The position numbers and the translations under genes were made by a program. The notes beneath the pieces were generated by a model. That model did not search any database. It was not told where the DNA came from and was given only the letters and a program-made list of their open reading frames with translations. From Pseudomonadota bacterium (lineage in GTDB: Bacteria > Pseudomonadota > Alphaproteobacteria > RF32 > CAG-239): DNA of 64,000 nt. The DNA lies in NCBI GenBank assembly GCA_918234285.1, contig CAKJXZ020000030.1:1-64000 (forward strand), written 5' to 3'. Shown here piece by piece: positions 47,980-58,134 of this stretch (position 1 is the stretch's first letter; every line of letters starts with the position of its first letter).

Positions 47980-48474
47980 ATGAAGAAGTTTTTCGTTATA
48001 GCTCTTTTAATGGTTTGTGTGAATACAGTTATGGGACAGATATTTATTCGCAACAATGGAGAGACTTCCACTCTGTCTTTCGGCGGAGTGTACGTCGATG
48101 TTCCGTCAAGCAGTGTGCCCTTTGTAAACTTCTTACGTCCCAACGAGCCGCTGATCCCCGAGGTCGCAATCGTTGCTAGAGAGAAGACCGCAGAGTGGAT
48201 GCACGACTACGGTGCATTAGAGACCGCAATGCGCGTCGGACAAGAGACAAGGAAGCTTACTCCGCTGTTGAGGAGCCTCAAGGCTAGGAAGAGCGGTGCC
48301 GCAAGCAACGACTCTAACTATGAGGCAAGGAAGAAAGCTGATGCTCATAAGGCAGCTCAGGAGTACGCTGCAAAGCGCAACTCTTCGAAGCCGGTTGAGT
48401 TCAAGATTTCTACCAAGGCTGATAGCTCACACACAACCACTACTACTACCGGAAGTTTTTCTTCAGGTATGTAA
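47980..48474 (+). CDS. Hypothetical secreted protein
   Basis: Signal peptide MKKFFVIALLMVCVNTVMG; followed by a terminator at about 48481-48515. Confidence 0.7.
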   Translation: MKKFFVIALLMVCVNTVMGQIFIRNNGETSTLSFGGVYVDVPSSSVPFVNFLRPNEPLIPEVAIVAREKTAEWMHDYGALETAMRVGQETRKLTPLLRSLKARKSGAASNDSNYEARKKADAHKAAQEYAAKRNSSKPVEFKISTKADSSHTTTTTTGSFSSGM

Positions 48475-48629
48475 AAAAAGAAAACTCCCTGATACCGAAA
48501 GGTTCGGGGAGTTTTCCGTTTTTAAAAGCCAAACTTTCTCCATAAATTGTAACAAAATTTTCATACAAAAGTAAAAAATACTGTGTTATAAATAAGTTAT
48601 AAGACGTATTTTGAACAAGGAGAATAACC

Positions 48630-50543
48630 ATGGTCGGAGATTTTGACGACGTAAACAGCCCGGAATTCCAAGAAGCTCTTAACAAAGCAAAAAGAGAGGC
48701 CCAAAAAAGAGAGCAGGCAAAGGAATATCAGCCGACTGCCAAGGAAAAAGAACTTATGCTCAAATTGGCAAAAACTTCGCCTAAAATGTATCGTGATGCC
48801 AAAGCGGGCGCAACTTTGTTGGTGCAAACAGGTAACGCGCAACAAAAAGATGCCGCGCAAAAATATCTTGACGTCATGAAACAGATAGAAAGAGAAAATC
48901 CGGCGTTGAAAAAAACTCTGGACAATCCGCCGAAATTATCGGAAGCGCAGCAAAAAAAGCAAGATATGGAGTTTTTAAATTACTATGCCAAGGAATTCCC
49001 GAACGAATTTAAAGACATGATTAAGTTTGTGGATTTCTACAAATCATCTCCGATTGCTCAATATTATGTCGGCTTAATGAAGGAAGTGCAACAAAATATG
49101 GCGGCACCGCGCGAGCAGGAACATCAGGATAATTCTTCCAACGATGCTCCCAAACCGGAAAAAACCGATAAAGACAATAAACCGGCACAACCTTCCGGTC
49201 GTGATGATGACGGCAATAAAGGATTTATGTATCTTTCCGATAATATGGAACATGCCCTTAAAATGGGGCCTACGGTCTTGAAAGAATATATGGAACAAGA
49301 ACTCGGTGTCGAATTTCCGCGCGATATTATTCGCCACAACAAAGACGGCGGAGAATATATTCCGACCAGATTGTTGCGCAAATGGTTTGAAGAAAATCGT
49401 CTGACCGACGAACAAATGGATAAGATAAATGCCCTGGTCGATGACCGCTCATCTTTTAATGCCAAGGTGCGTGAAATCAACGAGCGCGATAATTATATTG
49501 CACCGACGCCGCAAAACGAACAATCTGAGCAACATGCTGCGGAAAACGGTGAAAACGGAAAATCTGAGGCCGCCCAAAAAGAATGTTCACTTAAAACGGA
49601 GAATAACGGAACCGCTATCTGGACCGTCAGCGGTTTAGATGAAAACGCCGATAACCCTCTCAAAAACGGCACATATACATTCTACAAAAACGAAAACGGT
49701 ATGTACATTCAATATCTCAGCCCGAACGCATCCGAATCCCCGAAATACGGTCCGATGACAGCGGAAGAAATGGCTAATCACCAGATTGTTAAGGCCTTGG
49801 AAAAGGAAGTTGATGCCGAAGCAAACAAACAATATCAGTTTAATTGTTGGCAACCGATGACTGAAGAAGAAAAGCGGGCGCACGACGCCGAAAAAGCAGA
49901 CAAAGAATATGCGGCACATATTGCAGCCATGAAACCGGAAGAAATGGAGAAAGAAAAAGCCGAACTTACGCAAAAAGCAAAGCAGGGAGATAAAAGTGCC
50001 GAGCACAAACTAACCATGCTGGAACAAGAGCAGCAGCAGCGTAAAAAGGCTCAGGAAGCCCAAAAGAAGCAGGAAGATATCGAAAAAATGCGCGAACTTT
50101 TGCGCAACAATCCGAAGAAATTCGAAGATGTCAAAAATGCTTATAAAGCCGCAATGAAAGATGATGTTGTGAAAGAACAGGCCGCTTATTATCTGGGTAT
50201 AATCGACGAAGTGGAAAAAGATGAAGCCACCAAAGAAAAAGTACGCCAGGAAAAAGAACGCTCTCTTAAAAAACTCGAAAAAGAGATCAAGCGTCTCGAA
50301 AAGCAGGCTAAGAAGATGAAAGAAAAAGGCGAAAAAGCCAAGGCCGAACAACTGGAAGCTCAGGCTAAGGAAAAACGCGCCACTTTAGAGCAAATGCGCA
50401 ACGATCGCGCCAAAGCACGGGCAACCGACGGCACGAAAGCCGAAACAACTCCGCAGGCGGATAAAACAGCTACCGACAAAACCCAAAACGTTGAGCGGCA
50501 AATACGGATTATCCGCAGGAGAAATGACAATTCCATGGCTTAA
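48630..50543 (+). CDS. Hypothetical coiled-coil, highly charged protein
   Basis: 637 aa, K/E/Q-rich; SD AAGGAG; hairpin GCGGCAACTT..AAGTTGCCGC downstream. Confidence 0.8.
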   Translation: MVGDFDDVNSPEFQEALNKAKREAQKREQAKEYQPTAKEKELMLKLAKTSPKMYRDAKAGATLLVQTGNAQQKDAAQKYLDVMKQIERENPALKKTLDNPPKLSEAQQKKQDMEFLNYYAKEFPNEFKDMIKFVDFYKSSPIAQYYVGLMKEVQQNMAAPREQEHQDNSSNDAPKPEKTDKDNKPAQPSGRDDDGNKGFMYLSDNMEHALKMGPTVLKEYMEQELGVEFPRDIIRHNKDGGEYIPTRLLRKWFEENRLTDEQMDKINALVDDRSSFNAKVREINERDNYIAPTPQNEQSEQHAAENGENGKSEAAQKECSLKTENNGTAIWTVSGLDENADNPLKNGTYTFYKNENGMYIQYLSPNASESPKYGPMTAEEMANHQIVKALEKEVDAEANKQYQFNCWQPMTEEEKRAHDAEKADKEYAAHIAAMKPEEMEKEKAELTQKAKQGDKSAEHKLTMLEQEQQQRKKAQEAQKKQEDIEKMRELLRNNPKKFEDVKNAYKAAMKDDVVKEQAAYYLGIIDEVEKDEATKEKVRQEKERSLKKLEKEIKRLEKQAKKMKEKGEKAKAEQLEAQAKEKRATLEQMRNDRAKARATDGTKAETTPQADKTATDKTQNVERQIRIIRRRNDNSMA

Positions 50544-50614
50544 ACCGATAGCGGCAACTTCGTATTTCACAAGTTGCCGCTTTTCTTAAGTTTGTAAAGT
50601 CAGTCTAAATAATC

Positions 50615-51178
50615 TTAAGATAAGGATAATCCGTGCAAGATTGCCTCAAAGTCGTCGTGTTGCGGTGAGCATATATATGCGCCGATTTTCATCTCATCAT
50701 TATCGTTAAGCAAATAAAACTTGCGTAATTGCACATAATTTTGCCCGTCCAGCGAATAGCTGGCGATATAGCACCCTTTTTTCTTTTTTAAGCGATACCA
50801 TACGTGCTTAACCCCTTGCGGCAACGGTATTGTCGCCAAATCGGAAAAACCGGCGTTGGTCAGTGAAGTCGCCAACAGCGGCGTATTTTCGTCTTCATAC
50901 ATAACCGCCGCCTTAAACCAATTATTGACATCCGTACGCACCATCACGCCGCATTGGTCAAACACTCCGAAATTTTCGCAACTCCAATCCAAATCACAGC
51001 AAAAATCGCCCAAGACATAACTGAAGAAAAAATGCCCGTCATCTTTTTGAAAACCGTAACGTTCGCAACACCAAAAGTCGGTGCGATACTTTGCCACAAC
51101 GTGCATCCCGTCTTCATCAAAACGCACGCGTTGCGGTTCGTTCATCCAATCAAATTCTTTCAGTGTTTCCAACAGCAT
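50615..51178 (-). CDS. DUF1349-family protein
   Basis: WMNEP, TDFW, KDDGHF, FDQCG, GAYICSP. Confidence 0.85.
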   Translation of the reverse strand: MLLETLKEFDWMNEPQRVRFDEDGMHVVAKYRTDFWCCERYGFQKDDGHFFFSYVLGDFCCDLDWSCENFGVFDQCGVMVRTDVNNWFKAAVMYEDENTPLLATSLTNAGFSDLATIPLPQGVKHVWYRLKKKKGCYIASYSLDGQNYVQLRKFYLLNDNDEMKIGAYICSPQHDDFEAILHGLSLS

Positions 51179-52107
51179 TAAAAACTCCTCACGGCATAAT
51201 TGGTAACTTTATCAAGTGCCTCCGCCAACTCATTATTTTTCGCATGCGGTAACATAATCTGCAGCGTTATAATCTCATCGCCCTGCCCGTTTTTGGCCTT
51301 AATTCCCTGCCCCTTCAGGCGCAGTTTATCGCCGCTTGATGACATCGGCGGCACCGTAACCATAACTTTTCCGTTAACCGTCGGCACCGTAATTTTGGCA
51401 CCTTGTACCGCTTCCACCACCGAAATCGGCAAATCGAGCAAAATATTCAGACCGTCGGTCTTAAAATACGGATGTTCACCCACATTAAGCGTAATCAGAA
51501 CATCGCCGTTGGCACCGCCGTTAATGCCGGGATTTCCCAGCCCTTTCAGCCGCAAAGTCTGGCCGTTTTGCGTACCGGCCGGAATTTTGACATTAACGCT
51601 TTTACCGCCCAAATTAACCTGTTTTTCAATACCTCTGGCGGCATCCAAAAAGTCAATATTCATATTGTACGATACATTCTGACCTTTACGCGAAGTAGCG
51701 CGTCCACCCCGCGAACCTCCGGTAAACTGCGAAAAAATATCTTCACCGAAAATCGAAGAAAAATCGAATCCCTGTGCTCCGTCGAAACCGCCGGACCCGC
51801 GTTTAAACCCGCCAAACGGATTACCGCCGCCAAAATCATATCCTCCGGCATCTCCGCCGAAACCCGCGCCGAAACCGGTCGGTTTACCGTCGGCATCTAT
51901 TTCGTTATTGTCATATTTTTTGCGTTTTTCCGCATTACCGATGATATCGTAAGCATTCGAAATTTCCTTAAATTTCTCCGCCGCATTCTTATCATCTTTA
52001 TTCAAATCCGGATGATATTTGCGCGCAAGCTTACGATATGCCGATTTAATCTCGGCATCCGTTGCAGTTTTACTGACTCCCAAAATTTGATATAAGTCCT
52101 TTGCCAT
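51178..52107 (-). CDS. DnaJ-class co-chaperone (CbpA-like, no zinc finger)
   Basis: J-domain with HPD, G/F region, DnaJ C-terminal domain. Confidence 0.92.
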   Translation of the reverse strand: MAKDLYQILGVSKTATDAEIKSAYRKLARKYHPDLNKDDKNAAEKFKEISNAYDIIGNAEKRKKYDNNEIDADGKPTGFGAGFGGDAGGYDFGGGNPFGGFKRGSGGFDGAQGFDFSSIFGEDIFSQFTGGSRGGRATSRKGQNVSYNMNIDFLDAARGIEKQVNLGGKSVNVKIPAGTQNGQTLRLKGLGNPGINGGANGDVLITLNVGEHPYFKTDGLNILLDLPISVVEAVQGAKITVPTVNGKVMVTVPPMSSSGDKLRLKGQGIKAKNGQGDEIITLQIMLPHAKNNELAEALDKVTNYAVRSF

Positions 52108-52146
52108 AACCGTTTTCTCCCTATTAAGAATTATATAGGGATATTT

Positions 52147-52530
52147 TTAACGGGTTGCAAGGTCAACACAGTCAAACGTTGCGCGTCTTTTATGATTTTT
52201 TTGCAGATATATATCGCGTAAATATGCGCTTTTTCCCGGGTTTGTTTCGTAGCAATACTGCGCTGCCAACGTAGCAACCTTATCAACCCGAACATCGGCA
52301 TATTCATAAATCACATAGTCATCGCCCATGGTTTTAACCACAATATTGCTGCGATAAAAATCGGCATCCGAAACGGCAACAGTGCCCGCCGCTGTTCCCG
52401 GCGTATAAGTGTAAACTTGCGATGTATCAATATTGGCAGGGGCCGGTTGTTGTACAACTTCAGCTTCCGGTCGAGATAAACAAGAACCGCATAATGCGGC
52501 GGCTAACGCGATTAAACCAATTTTTTTCAT
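52147..52530 (-). CDS. Hypothetical exported protein/lipoprotein
   Basis: MKKIGLIALAAALCGSC signal. Confidence 0.7.
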   Translation of the reverse strand: MKKIGLIALAAALCGSCLSRPEAEVVQQPAPANIDTSQVYTYTPGTAAGTVAVSDADFYRSNIVVKTMGDDYVIYEYADVRVDKVATLAAQYCYETNPGKSAYLRDIYLQKNHKRRATFDCVDLATR

Positions 52531-52691
52531 AATCCCTCTCTTTATAACCTACGGGTTATCATTAAAAAGACTATAAACCACAAGGGGTTAAGGATTACTT
52601 AACAGCGTTTTGCCCAGCCTGTGACAAAAATTCTTGCCATATTTCAGAGATGGCATATATTGAAACCATAAATAAAAAAGCGGAGAGCGAA

Positions 52692-53660
52692 ATGGTAAAA
52701 ACTGTTTGGAGTTTAATGGATAATCGACGCGGCAGCGTAAATCAGGCTTTAGGTGTTCTCAAAGCCCTGAATCCTTCGCAATTTGATATTATCGAAAAAA
52801 AGATAGATTATACCAAACTTGCCGCCTTGCCGAATTGGATTCGCGGTCGCTCACTTTTGGGTATTACCGCAGCCAGCAAGCAACAAATCGTTGCGCCGTA
52901 TCCGGATTATGTGCTCTCCATCAGTCGCCGTACTGCACCGATTGCCCGTTATATCAAAAAGCAATCTCCGCGAACCAAGATTATCCAGCTTATGCACCCA
53001 GGGAATGCCGGTCTGGCCGAATTTGACCTCGTAATCGTACCGGAGCACGATAAAAACAAAAAAACCGGTGCCAATGTTCACTATATTGTCGGTTGCCCGC
53101 ACCAGATTACCCCGCAATATTTAGCCGACGCACGCGCCAAATGGACCGATAAATTTGCTCATCTGCCGAGGCCGCTCACCGCGGTTATTATCGGCGGCTC
53201 GATTAAAGGCAAACCTTTCCCGACCGAAGATGTGGAAGCACTGTGCCGCGGTATTAAAGAATTGAAGCAAAAAACCGGCGGCTCGATTTTGATTACCACC
53301 TCGCGTCGCACCGGTTCCGAACCGGAAAAAATCATTAAAGAAGCTTTGCATGATATTCCGCAATATTCGTATTATTGGGGCGCCGAGGGCGATAACCCAT
53401 ACTCCGGATTTTTGGCCTTAGCCGACAACATCGTAATTACGGCCGATTCGGTTTCGATGTGTTGCGAGGCCACCGGTGCCGGTAAGCCGCTGTATTTATT
53501 TGTCGGCGGCGATAAATGGCTTACCCCGAAACACAAGCGCTTTGCTCAATCATTACTCAAGAAAAAATGTGCGATTTTACTTGGCGATAACGCCGATATT
53601 TCGGCACCGCAACCGCTGAATGCCGCCGCCGAAGTTGCCGCTCTGATTGAAAAGCTGTAA
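52692..53660 (+). CDS. ELM1-family (DUF1022) protein
   Basis: NQALG, FDLVIVPEHD, IIGG, TTSRRT, NPY, TADSVSMCCEA. Confidence 0.9.
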   Translation: MVKTVWSLMDNRRGSVNQALGVLKALNPSQFDIIEKKIDYTKLAALPNWIRGRSLLGITAASKQQIVAPYPDYVLSISRRTAPIARYIKKQSPRTKIIQLMHPGNAGLAEFDLVIVPEHDKNKKTGANVHYIVGCPHQITPQYLADARAKWTDKFAHLPRPLTAVIIGGSIKGKPFPTEDVEALCRGIKELKQKTGGSILITTSRRTGSEPEKIIKEALHDIPQYSYYWGAEGDNPYSGFLALADNIVITADSVSMCCEATGAGKPLYLFVGGDKWLTPKHKRFAQSLLKKKCAILLGDNADISAPQPLNAAAEVAALIEKL

Positions 53661-53687
53661 ACCTGCACTTCAATATAAAATGACTTT

Positions 53688-54827
53688 TTAGTCTCCGGAT
53701 AAATCCGCTTCAGGTTCTCTTGCTTGCTGCGCCTGCTTTGCTTTAGCCTTCTCTCTGATTCGAGTCATCAACTCTTTTGAAACCTGTAACTTTTTAGCCA
53801 TAAAATCTTTCTTAAATTTATCACCTCTTATTCCTTCGGCTTTCTTAAGACAATCTTCCAAAGTTACATTAAGCGAGGCTTCACTTTGTTGTGCATCATC
53901 CAAGGCGCCCAAAGAACGCATAAATTCAATTAATTCTTTCGCTTGCGAACTGATGGCATAATGCAGAGGAGTATGATTATTGTTATTCACTGCATTGATA
54001 TCCGCACCGTGCGAAAGCAATAAACACATTATATCAATATTTCCTTTCTCAGACACAGAAAAAAACGGTGTTTTAATCATATATCCCGCCGCTTCGAACA
54101 TAGGTGTTACACCCTTATTATTCTTTGCATTGACATCTGCCCCGTGCTCAAGCAAAAACTTAACAATATCCCTTTGTTTATGCATTGCGGCATAATGCAA
54201 CGGTGTATCTCCGTCATTATCTTTGGCATTAATGTTTGCACCTTGCTCTGCCAACATTTTTATAGCCGGAAAATTGCTTTGCATAGACGCATACAACAAT
54301 GCTGTGGTGCCGGTGCCGCTGGCCGCGGCATTAACTCCTTCATCTTCATCTACCCATAAATGCATGGCTTCCATATCATCTATAAGATTTTCTTCAAATA
54401 CCGTTTTTTCCATGGGAGGATTATATTTCAAGATAACCGGCAAACATTTTGATTCCTTCGGGCTGCGAAGCACATGATAAAATAACGGCCCGCTGTAACC
54501 GCGCGTATTTTTCACACCGCCGATTTGTGCATATAAATCCACATCGTTATTTTGGCTGAGAATGTCGTCGATTTTCTCACAATCACCGGCCTCAACGGCT
54601 TGAAAAATATCGGCCAAAACCTTTTCTGTTTCTTTTCCTTCTTCATCGCATCGTACGGCACGACCGGTTATCTCATTGTATTTATACCCCCATATATCAG
54701 CATATTCTTCTTGTACCAAGAACTTTCCGTCGCATTTTTCTGCAGAATTCGTTACTGCCGCCACAACCGACTTTATTGTTCCCAAAAACAATGATACTAC
54801 AATTATTATAGAATACAGTTTTTTCAT
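53688..54827 (-). CDS. Secreted ankyrin-repeat protein
   Basis: Signal peptide; repeated GDTPLHYAA..LLEHGADVNA. Confidence 0.9.
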   Translation of the reverse strand: MKKLYSIIIVVSLFLGTIKSVVAAVTNSAEKCDGKFLVQEEYADIWGYKYNEITGRAVRCDEEGKETEKVLADIFQAVEAGDCEKIDDILSQNNDVDLYAQIGGVKNTRGYSGPLFYHVLRSPKESKCLPVILKYNPPMEKTVFEENLIDDMEAMHLWVDEDEGVNAAASGTGTTALLYASMQSNFPAIKMLAEQGANINAKDNDGDTPLHYAAMHKQRDIVKFLLEHGADVNAKNNKGVTPMFEAAGYMIKTPFFSVSEKGNIDIMCLLLSHGADINAVNNNNHTPLHYAISSQAKELIEFMRSLGALDDAQQSEASLNVTLEDCLKKAEGIRGDKFKKDFMAKKLQVSKELMTRIREKAKAKQAQQAREPEADLSGD

Positions 54828-54841
54828 TTTATATTCCTTTC

Positions 54842-56311
54842 CTACTCCTTTGCCCCATATTGCTGCAGCAACTCGACGATTTTATCGTGACCCTTCTCTT
54901 TGGCAATTTTTAGCGGCGTATAGCCGAAATCATCTTTAACATTGACCTCGGCGCCGTTTTCCAGCAACAGTTTTACCAGTTTCACATAGCCGTTTTTCAT
55001 AAACATACTTTCAAAGCCCGCCGCCGCCGACAAAGCCGTTCCGCCGAACTTGTTTTTGGCATTGACATCGGCTCCGCGTTCAATCAACAATTCCGCCATA
55101 CCGATTGCGGCAAAAGGCGCTACCATCAGCGGCGTATCCCTATTGCCGTTATCTCTGGCATTAACATCGGCCCCGTGTTCCAGCAACAACTCGGCGACTT
55201 CATATTCCCCGTTTGACACCGCCGCATGCAAAGCCGTTCTGCCGGAAAAAGAGCTGTCCCTGACATTTACGTCCGCCCCCATTTCTATCAGCTGTTTTGC
55301 CATTTCTTCTTTTTTGAAAACAATCGCTTCTATCAGCGGCGACCGGCCGGTTTCCGTTGATTTTATCTGCATAATTGCTTTTTGTTTGGGGTCTTTTATT
55401 TCCGTATCATCCGGCATTTCGACTTTAGCAACGGAATTTATGTTTACTCCATGCTCTGCCAGCAATTTTACGATATTTCCCCGATTGAAGCCGACGGCAC
55501 ATTGTAGCAACGTTTCGCCGGACTTGGTGCGCGCATTCATATCAGCGCCATATTCCAACAATATCTTAAAGATATTTGCCCTGTCCCCTCTGATGGCACG
55601 TTCTGCCAAGGAATATCCGGCGCTTGAAACAGAATCCGCACTCAATCCGCGTTCTAACATCCATTCAATCATATCATCGTCATCGTAAAAAATAGCTTTA
55701 TTGACGACCAATTCCACTTCCGCATCTTTTTCGTTTATACTTGTTTTATGCGACAACATTGATTTGATAACCTCTGTTTTCCTTTTGGCATAGGCATATT
55801 CCGACGGGCTCATCCGGTTGTATTTTATTGAACCGTAATCAACTCCGGCAGCAAAAATTTCATCCATACATTCCGGAAAATTATCGATAATATAATACAA
55901 CAGCGGATACTTCTTGTTTCTCCCGCCGTTAACTTTCGCCGCCAACAACGATGTATCACTCTCCCACAACTTTGCCGCTTTTTTACAATTTGCCTCGTCC
56001 AGCGCCAGACCGATTTCTCTTAACGCATATTCTTGCGGATTTTCTTTTTTATCTCGTCTTTCCGCCGCACCGCATTTAATAATCCTGCCGGTAAGAGGAT
56101 GGTGTTGTTCCACCCAAACATCTCCGCTGCAAATACGCGTATCCAAACCAGACTCGCAATAATAGGGATAATATTTCACCGGCTTGCCGTCGACACACTT
56201 TATTTGTTCGGAATCTTCGTCCTGATACGAAGATGTATATTTGTCGTACCCCTGCCACAATGATACCAATAAAAACCCGCAAATAAATCCCCATAAAAAT
56301 TTCTTTTTCAT
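54842..56311 (-). CDS. Secreted/membrane-anchored ankyrin-repeat protein
   Basis: N-terminal hydrophobic segment; multiple ankyrin repeats (GRTALHAA..LLEHGADVNA). Confidence 0.9.
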   Translation of the reverse strand: MKKKFLWGFICGFLLVSLWQGYDKYTSSYQDEDSEQIKCVDGKPVKYYPYYCESGLDTRICSGDVWVEQHHPLTGRIIKCGAAERRDKKENPQEYALREIGLALDEANCKKAAKLWESDTSLLAAKVNGGRNKKYPLLYYIIDNFPECMDEIFAAGVDYGSIKYNRMSPSEYAYAKRKTEVIKSMLSHKTSINEKDAEVELVVNKAIFYDDDDMIEWMLERGLSADSVSSAGYSLAERAIRGDRANIFKILLEYGADMNARTKSGETLLQCAVGFNRGNIVKLLAEHGVNINSVAKVEMPDDTEIKDPKQKAIMQIKSTETGRSPLIEAIVFKKEEMAKQLIEMGADVNVRDSSFSGRTALHAAVSNGEYEVAELLLEHGADVNARDNGNRDTPLMVAPFAAIGMAELLIERGADVNAKNKFGGTALSAAAGFESMFMKNGYVKLVKLLLENGAEVNVKDDFGYTPLKIAKEKGHDKIVELLQQYGAKE

Positions 56312-56315
56312 CGCT

Positions 56316-56960
56316 TTATTCCTTGTTTCGCTTGTCATTGCTGTGGCAATAACCATAAATCGAGCATTTTTCGCACAGCGGTTTTTGCGCCTTGCAAATA
56401 TAGCGCCCGAACAGCACCAGCCAGTGATTGGTATTGACTATCGCCTCCGGCGGCAACACCTTAACCAAATCTTTTTCCACTTCAAGCGGCGTTTTTCCCT
56501 TGCTAAAATCCAGCCGATGCGCGATTCGCATAACGTGCGTATCCACCGCCAAAGTCGGCTGATGATACCACACATTCATTACCACATTGGCGGTTTTGCG
56601 CCCCACTCCGGCCAGCGTGGTCAGCACATCGCGGTCGGCCGGCACTTCACCGTCATAATCGGCTATAAGTTGTCGGCTCATTGCCATAATATTTTTGGCT
56701 TTGTTGTTAAACAGCCCGATGGTTTTGATATGTTCTTTGAGTTTTTCTTCGCCCAAATCCAGCATTTTTTGCGGCGAATCGGCAATTTTAAACAGTGCCT
56801 CGGTGGCGCGGTTTACCCCCTTATCGGTGCTCTGCGCCGACAACATAACCGCCACCAACAGCGTATACGGATTATGAAAATTGAGTTCGCATTGCGGATT
56901 GGGATTTTCGCGGGCAAAAATCTGCATAATCTCCGCTATTTCCGCCTTTGCGCGCGTCAT
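56316..56960 (-). CDS. nth: Endonuclease III
   Basis: LSAQSTD, LAGVGRKTANV, VDTHV, C-x6-C-x2-C-x5-C. Confidence 0.97.
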   Translation of the reverse strand: MTRAKAEIAEIMQIFARENPNPQCELNFHNPYTLLVAVMLSAQSTDKGVNRATEALFKIADSPQKMLDLGEEKLKEHIKTIGLFNNKAKNIMAMSRQLIADYDGEVPADRDVLTTLAGVGRKTANVVMNVWYHQPTLAVDTHVMRIAHRLDFSKGKTPLEVEKDLVKVLPPEAIVNTNHWLVLFGRYICKAQKPLCEKCSIYGYCHSNDKRNKE

Positions 56961-58033
56961 GCCTTAACTCCGCCCGCCCCCGGCGCTTTCGGCGCGGTTT
57001 CATCTAACGGCCAGCGCGGACGCGGCTTAAAGTCAAGCTCGTTGGTATAACCCAAGCGGAAACGCTCCAACCCGGCCCAGGCCACCATCACTCCGTTATC
57101 GGTGCAAAATCGAATCGGCGGCGCCGCAAATTCCAAATCGTTATCCGTCGCCAACTGCTTGAGCGCATTCCGTAAATAGGTGTTGGATGCTACTCCGCCG
57201 GAAACCACCAAATGCTCACCGTCCGGATATTTTTGTTTAAAATATTTGATGGCGCGCTCCAACTTGCGTATCAGGCAATCGGTCGCCGTCATCTGAAAAC
57301 AGGCGCAAATATCGGCCACATCCTGCTTTGGTAAAATCGCGTGCTCAACCACACCGTCCGGCGAATAAGATTCGATAATTTTGCGCACCGCGGTTTTCAG
57401 GCCGGAAAAAGACAAAATGCAATCGCCTGAATTCAACAGCGGACGCGGCAACGTAAAGCGCGAATCATCACCGATGGCGGCCATTTTCTCAATCATCGGC
57501 CCGCCCGGATAGCCCAAACCCAGCATTTTTGCTACCTTATCAAAGGCCTCGCCGGCGGCATCATCGATGGTTGTACCTAAACGCTCGTATTCGCCGACGT
57601 TTTTAACCACCAAAATTTGACAATGTCCCCCCGAAACCAGCAATAGCAGATAAGGAAATTCGATATCGTTGGCGATTCGCGCACACAGAGCATGGCCTTC
57701 CAAGTGATTAACCGCCACAAACGGCTTATTTAAAGCCAGAGCCAAGGCCTTAGCCGTCATGGCGCCGACCACCACGCCACCGATAAGCCCCGGTCCGCAC
57801 GAAGCCGCCACCGCATCTATATCTTTAAGCTCCAGGTGCGCCCGTTGCAAGCACAGCGCTACCATCTCGTCAACATGCTCCAAATGTGCCCGCGCAGCAA
57901 TTTCCGGCACCACACCGCCGTATTGCTTGTGTTCTTCCTGCGATTGCAAGGCCTCGCCCAAAATCTCCTTTTTATCGGTCACGATTGCCGCACCGGTATC
58001 ATCGCAACTGCTTTCTATCCCCAAAACAATCAT
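56957..58033 (-). CDS. tsaD: t6A tRNA modification protein TsaD
   Basis: GIESSCDDT, GGVVPE, HLEGH, DDAAGEAFDK, TDNGVM. Confidence 0.98.
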   Translation of the reverse strand: MIVLGIESSCDDTGAAIVTDKKEILGEALQSQEEHKQYGGVVPEIAARAHLEHVDEMVALCLQRAHLELKDIDAVAASCGPGLIGGVVVGAMTAKALALALNKPFVAVNHLEGHALCARIANDIEFPYLLLLVSGGHCQILVVKNVGEYERLGTTIDDAAGEAFDKVAKMLGLGYPGGPMIEKMAAIGDDSRFTLPRPLLNSGDCILSFSGLKTAVRKIIESYSPDGVVEHAILPKQDVADICACFQMTATDCLIRKLERAIKYFKQKYPDGEHLVVSGGVASNTYLRNALKQLATDNDLEFAAPPIRFCTDNGVMVAWAGLERFRLGYTNELDFKPRPRWPLDETAPKAPGAGGVKA

Positions 58034-58134
58034 CGTTTTCCTTAAAAAATGATTTTTTTTATTCCCTTTAAACTATTTATGTTATAAATATATGAAATAT
58101 ATTCGGTTCAAATGTCAAGAAAAAGGATACGAAA

